NCBI RefSeq assembly: GCF_036365525.1
Contig: NC_090380.1
Span: forward strand, 60,478,712-60,542,711
Reading direction: 5' to 3'
Length of the DNA: 64,000 nucleotides
Source of the DNA: Heterodontus francisci
Lineage: Eukaryota
Shown: positions 49,643 through 60,244 of the stretch, piece by piece
Position numbering within the stretch: position 1 is the stretch's first letter
How the letters are laid out: each line of letters opens with the position of its first letter
Notes under the pieces: model-generated
What the model was told of the DNA's origin: nothing
Database searches by the model: none
The model's input: the letters and a program-made list of their open reading frames with translations, nothing else
Program-made: the position numbers and the translations under genes

Positions 49643-52089
49643 TTTCAGTTTTTAGCAGAGGCAAGATGGAGGGAGGGTAGCCAACCTAATCTCAGGAAGC
49701 GGACTGGCAATTTAAACATTATGAAGTTGCATGCCTCATATTTACCCACTATTTGAAATTTAACTATGGCCGGCCAGGTTTCCTGAATCTCAGGAAACCC
49801 GATAGCTACAAAAAGGTGGTAACTGTTGGATGCAGAAGGAAATTGCCTTTACACTTACCTGCTGGATCTAGTGTACCTGCCTCGCCAACCCCCTTGTGAT
49901 TGGTCCTCCCCCAAGATCTCCAATCTCCCCCTAGCCTCTGATCCTCAAAGCCTCTGGACCCCTGGCCCCTGTTTGGTGCTTGGACATACCTTGTCTTGTG
50001 GCTTTTTCTCTAGCATTCCCTGCCCGATTGGAAGCCAAGCCTGGAAATCAGGCTGGCTTCTGGGTGGGGAAACTGTCAGTGATGTCTCATGCACAGAATC
50101 CCCACAGAATACAGGAAAATCTGGACCTCTGACTTTCCCATGTGCTACCCAGCACTCCCCATTCCCAGCAGGCCAAAATGTTAACATTTCCCTCATTGTC
50201 AGGGAAAAGAAGTCATGGTTTTCTTATAGAGATTGCTAATGGCTTTGAAAGGCAAATTGGCAAGTACTTGGCAGAAACATTACATTAGCTTTAGCAGTGA
50301 CGCCTTATTTATTTTCATTTGCTTCAGTGGCAGTAGTGAAAAGGAGGGTCTGTGACCCACCAAAAGGTGGGTTCTCTGGTACATTCACTAGCAAAACCAA
50401 AAGCAGCTATCATTTTTTTACCACTTGCACCAGGCCAGTGATGCAGTTTTTTCCCCAGCCATTGAGAAAAATACAAGTTCTGGAAATAAAATTTAAAATC
50501 ATAATTTCAAAGCAATTGTGCTTGGCACTTGCATTTATTTTGCTTTCGTGCAATTTGTCCAGAGTAGATTTCAAAGCACTATAATCTCAGGCTACATTGT
50601 CATTGCAATGAAAATTTGGAAAACTAGGTGGGGGAAAAAAATGAAACTAGCTTCCGAGAGGCTGGTCTGACAGAGCTTGAAAGGCAATTTTTAATTGTAA
50701 TTATTCAAATACTGTCAGGCTATATAGCTGATGCCTATCGGAAACCAGTATTCACATAGTGTAATGGACAGATGTCAAACCCAAGTTACAGTTGGTCATC
50801 TGGTGTTTTGCTTATGTATGCTTGGATGCTGATTTTTAATGTTAGCAGAGGAAGAGCCACTTCTAACTGTTAAACATTATGTTCTTAGTTTTAAAAATGC
50901 CTGTGTAGTTTTTAAATGTAACACTGCAATAACTCACAGCTACCTAACATTTACTGTGAACTTTAAGTGGTGTGAGAGTTCCTAATAGACAGTTTCTCAC
51001 GCCTCCAAACTTCAGTGGTCTCTGGAGTCAGATCAGGAACTGACTTCCAAGTTATACCACTATTTTCATTTTGATTCACATCAAAGTAAAAGTGATAGTG
51101 TATATTTATATAAGCAGGATTAAACTGAGACATTGGCCTCAATTTTATCCCCACTAATGGGCAGCAAGGTAAAATGGATTCTGCAGAAAGATATTTAATG
51201 ATGTGTGCTGTCACGATGCTTCTGATATGGTTTGTGGTGATCTGCTTTTCTTGCTGCTTTTATTTGGTGTCAGCATTCCACTTAAAATAGGCAATAAAAA
51301 GGGGTCAGTGTCTGTTCTTGGAAAATAGAAATACTCCTATTAAATAACAGCAGTCAAATAAACTGATTTTAGTTTCCTACAGCTGGAAGTAAGGCTGAAC
51401 ACACCTAGTGATGTTAATGCAAGGCATTTATCATTTGGATCAAGATCATGAATTTGGCTCTACTTAAATTCAGCAGTGTCAGTAGCTTCCTTAAGTGATT
51501 TGCCTGCATGCTTCTTACAGAAGTTGATTGCCACTGCCCTAAGTCGACTAGCATGGTAAGTGGTTGCCCACAGTGTTGCCCACTTGTATTCTGTGGGAGG
51601 CTAGGATCAAGTGCATCTCTATTTACCATTGCACATCTTCTGGAGTTTACATGTGATTCCCAATATGGTGAGTTCATAACCATAGCTGTGCCATCAATGA
51701 GAGCATCATTAAAAAATGCCTTTTTAAAAACATTTTTGTTTCAATAACTGGGAGCAGTCTCTGCAACTTGCTTTTTAATACTTCCTATTAAATCAAAAGC
51801 ACTGTTTCCAGAAGCTTCCTGTTTACCTCTAATCTAAGAGTGTATGGAGGTCTTGGAGGGAGAGAATATAAAGCAATTACACACTAATGGGGGAAAAACA
51901 TGTGATTTGACAGTCTCACTGCTTTGTGTTGAAGTTATACAGTCACAAGTCAATGTTCTGAAACTCCATGCCGAGTGGAAAACACATATCACATCATAAA
52001 ATCTAAGTTCAGCATGCAATTATATGTAATTTTTTTTACCTTTTTCTTGAAGAAACATTGACCATTATTATATATTTTTGCCTCAACAG

Positions 52090-52178
52090 GTCAAAGAACA
52101 AAGGGTGAACAATCCCGTAGAAAGAGAAGAAATCAGAATGATGATATCTATGAAAGTATGGGAAGGGTACCACAATAA
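52090..52178 (+). CDS. IgV membrane protein exon 5 (cytoplasmic tail, stop)
   Basis: TTTTTGCCTCAACAG acceptor; phase 1 gives GQRTKGEQSRRKRRNQNDDIYESMGRVPQ*. Confidence 0.72.
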
Positions 52179-52206
52179 GTGTGAACAGAAAGCCATGTAA
52201 AAATGT

Positions 52207-52212
52207 AATAAA
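52207..52212 (+). promoter_or_regulatory. Candidate polyadenylation signal
   Basis: AATAAA ~30 nt after the stop codon. Confidence 0.4.
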
Positions 52213-53661
52213 CTCAGTTATGCCAAAGTTATTGTTTTTAATCGCTTGATCAGTAAAGGGACAAAAATCATTGATGCTTTCTACACACTTCTGCCGTAAC
52301 TCTGGTAAGAGTGCGGCGGAAAGGCTGCAAATTGGTCGGGACCCAGATATGCCAGGTCTCTCCTTATATGGGAAATTCAGGTAACCTTTTTTTGGACGGT
52401 GGAACTTCCGTCTGCTCCAAACAATGGCACTGACACTGAGAGGGTGGGCACTCCACATACTTGGACCACCTGTATCTCTGACCTCAGAAACATAGCGCCT
52501 CTTTAGAGGACAGTATGCCAAGAAGATAGAGGCATATTAACTTCTAACAAAGAGGCAACAGAGAGGATTTTTAAGTGCCTTTTGGGGAGGGAAAATAGCC
52601 CAGACACCAAGACTGTGTTTTCCAGTCCGATCTGACAGCCTGAGATGTATTCTTGGAGGTGCTGCCACTCACCGGGCTGAATTTTATTGGAGCGCTGCCA
52701 TCCCCAGTGGCGCACTTTAAACTCAGTGCAGCGCCCGCATTTAGTGGCTGCCACCGAGCCCCCATGATATTAATCGTGGAGGTTCATTTCCATAGATGCT
52801 GTGTGCTGTCCTCCCCATATTGTATGGGGAGAGGCGGGACATTCGGCGCAGTGAGAGACTGTTTGACAGTTGTGCAGAGGTGCTGGAGCCCTATTTTACA
52901 CTCCAGCACCTGCTTCCTGAAAACTGTTAAAGAAATACTTACCTGACTGCTGAAGAGTGGAGCTGCTGTCAATCTGGCAACAAAACAGAAAGTGCTGCAG
53001 AAATCCAGCAGCATCTGTGGAAAGAGAAGTAGAGTTAACTTTCAGGCCTGTGAACTTGGTCCTGCTGAGTGACCCCAGCACTTTCTGCTTCGCTGTCACA
53101 TACTTACCCTGCTGTGTCCCAGTGTCCGATGAAGTTGCAATCCTCTTCTTGCACTCAAGTGTAACATTCCTTCTTGTAGGCATGCTGTACCTGGGTGAAT
53201 AATCTTAATTTTGCACATTGCATGACGTGAGACTGAAATAAAACCATAATTGAAGAATAATTACCTACAATGAGCATCTAATCATCTGACAGTGAAAAGC
53301 CACAGACTAATACGCATTTGGAATCTGTATTCATTTCTTTCTCTGCTAACTGTTATGTAAAAATACATGTAACTGCAATTATACGATCTTTGTTAAAAAA
53401 ACAGGGGAATATGTTCATATTCTAGCTGCATTGCCAACTACAAATATTACACCAATAAATATGATCAGCTGCTGCAGAAGCAAAGTGTTCGTGGACATGT
53501 GTTGATGTGTAATTGTTTAAAAACCATGACAGCAGCACAGATGATCCCTCCAGTCCTGCATTGGTTTTCAAACATCTGCAAGACAAACCTTGCAGCCAGA
53601 TGTTAGAGCTGTTACATGGTGGAGTCAACTTTGCATTTAAAGGACCACACCAAAAGCTGAG

Positions 53662-53880
53662 GATGGCAGAGGGGTATTCTAGGGTGGTCCCACAGTGTAG
53701 TGAAGCGTCCCTACTCTCCTCCAGGCTGTGTGGGTGAAGCGGGAGGTTCTTTTCACCAGTGATAGTAAGAAGAGGCTCTCCCGCTTGAACAAGGCAGTCT
53801 GGCTGGAGGTGGCAGAGAAGGTGAGTAGCCTTGGGGCCATCTGGCATCAAAGTGTCCAATGCCGGAAGGGGATGAATGCT
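53662..53880 (+). pseudogene. Harbinger Myb/SANT-like gene fragment
   Basis: REVLF..AVWLEVAEKVSS..QCRK. Confidence 0.7.
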
Positions 53881-54113
53881 CACTCTCCCAGCCAGCTGGG
53901 GCCCTCTAAGCTTCCTGTGCACTGGGTACGACTGCCAAAATCATCCACAGCCAAAGGGCTATCATAGCAGCAGCCTTCCTACAGCCAGGCTGCTAGCGCA
54001 GAAGTGGCACCGTGTAGGAGAATCTACAAGCATTTCCAACAAGCATCCTGACACAGATGTGTCTGCATGGGAGACACAACACCCTAGAAAGGCCAGAAAC
54101 AAATTTGTCTTCA

Positions 54114-54460
54114 CTAACATACAAGCTGCACATTGACTGAGTGGAAGCCCTTACAGTTTATGTATTCAGCTGGTCGCCCAGCGGGAGCTTTGATGGCCAC
54201 ATGGGTGCAGTCTATGACCCCTTGCACCTGTGGGAATCCCACAATGGAGCTGAAACTGGTGACCCTCTCAGCTTGGTTTCCAGGGTCCATCGTGAAGCGG
54301 ATATAGTCACCAGCCCTCCGGAACAGGGCATCTGTGACCTCCTGATGCAGCAGTGCACTGCTTACTGTGTGACCCCACAAAGGTCTCCGGTGGGCCCCTG
54401 AAATAATGTAGAAGTGTAAAAATTGAGAGCTGCTGTCACTTTGAGGGCCACAGGCATAGG
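54114..54460 (-). pseudogene. Harbinger DDE transposase fragment (HARBI1-like)
   Basis: GFPQVQGVIDCTHVAIKAP..YINCKGFHSVNVQLVC. Confidence 0.88.
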
Positions 54461-55099
54461 ATGTCCCCTGAAGTCACTGGGATGCAGGTCATCATTCAGC
54501 AGGGCACAGAGATGTGCCACCACCTCTCTCAGCATCCACAGTCACATCTGACACTGGCACTCTGACATCTGCATGTATGTCATGCGGGACCTGTAAATGC
54601 ATGGCGATCTGTAGTGGCGAGCTCTCCTTGGGTGCTGCTGCTCATAACCGGGGGCCTCTATGTGTGCTGCATCTGCCTATTGGTTTTGCCTGTGGCGCAT
54701 ATGGATTCTCTCCAGAAGCGCATCAATGAATATAGGGTGAACCATCCCCATCTTCAAGTTGCAATTCAATTCGGTTCCTTCAATGCTTTGAAGATTCCTG
54801 ACAGCGCAGAGATTGATGTTGAGTGGTGCATCAGGTGCTTTCAAGCAGCAGCTGTGTGGTATGGCATAACATTGCCCGTCTTAGCTCCCATTAACAGTGG
54901 CACCACATGACCACATAAAGATTGAACATGGTGCATAGATTGACCCACAAGACATATAAACATCACATGCCTACCGTTGGTGGCCCTCTCCCCACATACC
55001 GGGTGATACAAGTGCCATTGCTCCTTCAATGACAGCGGCAGTCAATGGCACAGAGCTGCCAACCATTATGGAGGGCGGAATCGCAGTGGCTCCCTTTGG

Positions 55100-55268
55100 T
55101 GATGCAGAGTTAAACCCCTGCATATCCCCGCTCGCTCATCCCTTTAAGAATGCAGAGTTACATTCATGCATATCGCCCCTCCCTCCTCCCTTTAGGAATG
55201 CAGAGTTAGATCCCTGACTATCCCCCCCTCCGTCCTCCCTTCCGTAATGCAGAGTGAAACCCCTGAAT
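55100..55268 (+). repeat. Minisatellite, ~48-bp unit, ~3.5 copies
   Basis: Repeated ATGCAGAGTTA..CCCTG..TATC..CCCT..CCCTT. Confidence 0.75.
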
Positions 55269-55856
55269 AACGGAACTTACCTTCGCTGGCGACAATGTCT
55301 GCCTCTGAGGACCCGCCAGCTTTTCAAATCATGAATGGAATGGCACGTGACAGCTGCCCGTTCAACGAAAAATCCGGAAGTGTCGGTGGAGAGGCGGCGG
55401 GCTGCATAATCAGCAAAGGTAAGTAATCATTACCATATGTTAATTGTGGTGCCACCGCCGTGCGGTGGTGGGGGTGGGGGGGGGGACTGCACCGAGGTCC
55501 CGCTGCCACTGGTAATATGCGGCCGGCCTTTCTCGACGGCATGGGGTGAGGTGGGTCTCTCCCCGCAGCATTTTACCAGCCCCCCCGCCGCAACCCGCTG
55601 TGTCGAGGGGCCGATAAAATTCAGCCCACCATCTGTATGAAGTGATGTGACTTTGTACTGACTCCCTGTAATGCAGCAGCACCTGTATCAGAGATCAGCA
55701 GTGAACCTGTTTCTGGCAAAATTGTCAAGAGCAGCACCTGAGGAATTTCAGTGCCTAAATATGTAACTAGTCTTCCAGTTTTATAGACTGACCTTACTTC
55801 TTGTAACTGATTACAAACGGTAACTTGTTTATTAACTACTAACAAGAATGACTTTT

Positions 55857-56650
55857 AGAATCATAGAATTTTAAGAAACAGAAGGAATCCATTTGGTCCA
55901 ACATGCATCTGCTGACCTTCTGAAGGAACAGAGCGGATAATTCTATTTCAGTTCCCTTTTCTCAGATTCTGTTACTTTAAAAAAATGTTCACTCTCCTTT
56001 TAAAAGCTAATACATATCTTGTTCCTACCACTGTTAGGACACTCCATTTCCTAACAAACTCTGCATAAAAAAAAGCCCTAACCTTTCTCTTGGTTCATTT
56101 GGTGATCATCTTACTTAAAGCCCTCTAGTTACTGAGTCACCAATCAGTGGAAATCATTTCTCCTTATTTATACCATTAAGACGTTTCAGAATTTTGAACA
56201 CCTATCAAAGCTACTCTTTACCTCCTCTCTTCCTATTAAAAGAGTCCCAATTTCTCTGGTTTCTCTTCATAACTAAAGCCTCTAATCCTTGGTATCATCG
56301 CAGTGAATCTCTTGTGGCTGTGACATAGATAGGGCACCCAAAACTGGATACAATATTCAAACTGTAGCCTACCTAATGAGTTGTATAGGTATAATATTAC
56401 CACTTTTCTCATGTACTCTGAGTCTCTTGTTATAAAACCTAGGATACCAATAGTTTGCTTTAAGCAGCATTGTTAACTTGTCCTTCTACTTTTAAAGATT
56501 CATATATCTGCTCCTTTAGTCCTTATAAAGTTTTAGCACTTAGTATGTTTATTTTCTTTTACTTTCTTTCCTTTTCTATTTTTATAATCCATACTCTTCC
56601 TTCAATAATGTATCACTTCACATTGCTCCCTATTCAATTTCATCCAATAG
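55857..56650 (-). mobile_element. Highly decayed CR1 3' fragment
   Basis: AGAATCATAGAA tail; CCCAAAACTGGATACAATATTCAAACTG corresponds to the LEYCIQFW region. Confidence 0.65.
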
Positions 56651-59066
56651 CTATCTGTTTAATTGAATAATCGATGGCCTTGTCCAAAATTGCATAGGCA
56701 GAAATTTCCTCAAAACTGCTCCCATTCTCCTCTCCACACTTCACTGGATGTGTGGCAGAAACCCTATTTACATGTGTAAATAGGGTTTGACACTGCACTT
56801 CCAGCGAAGCTACTGTGGCAGAGCCAGAACAGCTCTGAAGAAATTCCCAACCACAATTCAGATGCTATTTGTTTGTCATATGCAAATTTTGAGATTGTGC
56901 CCCTATATAAAAGTGCAGATCCAGATGATTTAGTAACTAGAGGCATAAATTTAAGATTAACATCAAAAGAATGAAGGGAGGGGTTAGGAGATCTTTTTAT
57001 GCAAAGTATTGTTCGGATATGAAAGTACACATGTTTAATTAAGTCCCTACTTTGCGGTTCTCTTGCAATTTTACTCTTTCTTGAGTGAATTATACAGCAT
57101 TCCAGTGCACCATGTTCCTAAAGAGTTTTCCTTTAACTTTAATTCTTCTAAAGTACCGAGACAAAAATGTATTTTTGCCTATATTCAATTTTTTTCTTAC
57201 ATTTTCCTTCAGGGTGCATGTTTGTTATGGTCCACAGAAAATTGTCTGAAGTTGCGGGGTGGGGCGGGGGTTGCAGTTGGTGGGGGACATTGTTTGCAAT
57301 CTCAAACATCTTAAGCTATTGTCAAAGATTGCCTGCATTGTTCCTGCTTAAGGTGCCATTCTATTCAATTATTTAATTTGGCCATCATGGCAAATAGGCA
57401 GTTGGATTAAGACAAGCCCCTAATCATGAAAGATAGGCTCTAGTTTAGGTTAAAAACTTTAATAACTTTAATTGACAGATGCTATTGGGTTCTTTTGGGA
57501 AGAAGGCAAGAGTGGAGCTCCCTATGACAGTCAGAGCTTTTCCAGTTCAGAATTATACTGACAGTCTACAGACAGTTTACTGACTGCAGCCAGTGCGTGG
57601 ATCTTGCAAACAATAAAGGGCTGTGTGTATTTTTTAAAAGTGAGTGCAAGTTTAGCAAAGGGCAATGATTTAGAGAAGGTTTATAGTAAGTGGACATCTG
57701 TTTAAGGACAGCCTTTAGCAAGAAAGTGCGTAGCAACTTTGTTGTTTTTTATATCAGGGAGCATAGGGAATATATATCTGTATAATATTTGTTCATTTAT
57801 CTTGTGTAAATAAAACCCTTTATTGATTCAAGGCCCATGTCACTTGTGTTTTTTCATACACCCTTCAGGAAGAGAGAGAGAGACGAATTCATATAGCAGC
57901 ATGTAGTATATGTCAGTGTATAGAGTAAAGGTTCCCATTACAATCCATTGGTCTTGCTATCGTTTGCTGATGGTAAAAGAAAAGGTGCACTCCAGATTGT
58001 AGGGAACTTTCACAAGTAACTGATGACTCAGAACCGGAAATAATATCTCATCTAATAACCCAAAAACTGATACCGATGCACAGATAGTAAAATGATACAC
58101 TATTAATTTCCATGGGGGGGTCTCCAAATCAACCATGATAACCTCAGTGGGAGATCCATGAAAACGCTAGAGAAACAAAGTAAATTGTGTTTTCACTGTT
58201 TCATCAGGATTTATGTGTATCTTATGCCAAAGTTATGGCAGACAATTGGCAGAATGCCCCAGTTATTCAACACCACAATTTTCTTTCGGTGTTAATTGGG
58301 CAGAAAGTCTAGAAAACACAGAAATACTTTTTTCATTTCTCTCAACATTGTACGCAGTCATTGTGGAGACAGAATGGAAAATATAGAAAGATATGAATAT
58401 CTATAAATATGAATTAACACAATTCTATGAGAGAGATTGCTACGTAAAGGGAGGAACTAGATCTTGTTGCATCTGGGTTAAAAATGGGGACAAAAAGGAC
58501 CAATTTTGCTGGGCGGTGTCTTATCCCCCATAGAAGCCTGAAAGATTTCCAACCCCCATATCAGGTCAGTGATTTTTCAGGCAACCCTAGAAACCACCTA
58601 AAACAGGCCTTTGTTTCCTAGCAAATGTTAATGAGGGGCCTAACACAACTTTTCAGGGTTTACAAGGGTATTTGGGAAATACAAGGAACGGGAAAAAAGG
58701 AGGGGATCTGGCAGTATTGATCAAAGAAACTATTATAGTACTGGAGAGGGATGATGTAATGAGGAGTCAAAGACAGATTTGATTTGAATTGAGGAACAAT
58801 AAAGGAACTATTACACAACTTGATGCATATTACAGGCAACCATATAGTGGGAAAGGGATAGAGGAGATAATTACAAAATGATTCAAGAACTATAGAACTG
58901 AATTTTCCTGGCCGATTGGAGAAGGGCTGGGAGGAGGGAGGAGTGGCAAAATGATGGTGAAAGGCAATGGAAGGAACCTGATGTCTTCACATCGCAACCC
59001 AATATTACCAAACGTGGCCAGGCTAGTGGGAGGAGGTGGCACTGGAACGCAGCAAGAAGGTAATTA

Positions 59067-59736
59067 ATAAAAGCAAATACTGAAGATGCTGGAAATCTGA
59101 AATAAAAACAGAAAGTGCTGGAAATATTCAGCAGAGTTGGCAGCATCTGTGGAGAGAGAAACAGAGTTAACGTTTCAGGTCTGTGACCTTTCATCAGAAC
59201 TGGCAAAGGTTAGAAATGTAATAGGCTTTGAGCAAGTGAAAAGGGGGAGGGGGGAAGAAGAACAAAAGGGAAAGTGTGTGATAGGGCAGAGGGCAGGAGA
59301 GATTAAATGACAAAGATGTCACAGATCAAAGGCAAAGGGAGTGCTAATTTTTGTATGAAAAGACAAAACATTCATTCAGTCTGGGTTAATGGCAGAATAA
59401 TGAACAGCTCTGTCCAAAAGCAAAAACCTGAAAACAAGTTTAAGACAGGCCCATGGTTAAAAAAATAGAATAAAATAAAACAAAATAAAATTTAAAAAAG
59501 GCAGTCATGCTCTGAAATTGTTGAACTCATTGTTGAGTCCAGAAGGCTGTGGGGTGCTACCGCCGTGGGGGGCTAGCGTTGAAGTTCACTGGAACACTGC
59601 AGCAGGCCCAGGACAGAAATGTTGGTATGGTGCAGGTTGGTGAATTAAAATGGCAAGCAATCGGAAGCTCAGGGTTATGGTTGCGGACTGAGCAGAGGTG
59701 TTCCACAAAGTGGTCACCCATTCCGCGTTTGGTGGA
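59067..59736 (-). mobile_element. Penelope-like element 3' end: GIY-YIG C-terminus, 3' UTR and pLTR
   Basis: Minus strand TKRGMGDHFVEHLCSVRNHNPELPIACHFNSP and QPSGLNNEFNNFR, then the pLTR with a hammerhead. Confidence 0.85.
59165..59201 (-). ncRNA. Minimal type I hammerhead ribozyme
   Basis: AGUU-CUGAUGA-A-AGGUC(ACA)GACCU-GAAAC-GUU^AACU: stem I, canonical core, stem II, loopless palindromic stem III. Confidence 0.75.
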
Positions 59737-60240
59737 ATCATAGAATCATAGAAAGTTTAAGGCACAGAAAGAGGCCACTTGGTCCATTATGTCTGTGCCA
59801 GCTGAAAAATGATCCACCCATTCTAATCCCACCTTCCAGCATTTGGTCTGTAGCCCTACAGATTACGGCACTTCTCGTCACAGTTCTAAATGGTCAACTC
59901 CTTATTCTGAGACTGTGACCCCTAGTTCTAGACTCCCCAGCCAGGAGAAACATCTTCCTAGCATCTACCCTATCAAACCCCTTAAGAATTTTAGATGTTT
60001 CAATGAGTTCACCTCTCATTCTCCTTATCCCCAGGGAATATAGGCCCATGTCACTTAATCTCTCCTCATCGGACCTCCCCATCCCAGGAATCAGTCTAGT
60101 GAATCTTCATTGCACTGCCTCTAAGGCAAGTATATCCTTCCTTAGGTAAGGAAAACAAAACTGTACATAGTACTCCAGGTGTAGTCTCACCAAGGCCCTA
60201 AGCAATTACAAGCAAGACTTCTTACCCTTATACTCCAAAA
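59737..60240 (-). mobile_element. CR1 3' fragment
   Basis: (GAATCATA)2 tail; LYSLGIRRMRGELIET. Confidence 0.85.
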
Positions 60241-60244
60241 ACAC

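Larger units (their letters stand above)
52674..55627. mobile_element. PIF/Harbinger DNA transposon (degenerate, two convergent genes)
   Basis: TIRs GGGCTGAATTTTATTGG / CCGATAAAATTCAGCCC (16/17); 3-bp TSD ACC on both sides; transposase and Myb remnants inside. Confidence 0.72.

Noticed and set aside
41957-52178. Assigning VSTM5, HEPACAM, CD28 or CD7 as the gene symbol
   Set aside because: Only partial motif similarity to each; orthology cannot be established without searches and synteny.
54114-54380. Domesticated HARBI1 gene
   Set aside because: Truncated, frameshifted and enclosed by TIRs/TSD, so it is a transposon relic.
55100-55268. CRISPR-like repeat-spacer pattern
   Set aside because: The 'spacers' are homologous to each other; it is a eukaryotic minisatellite.
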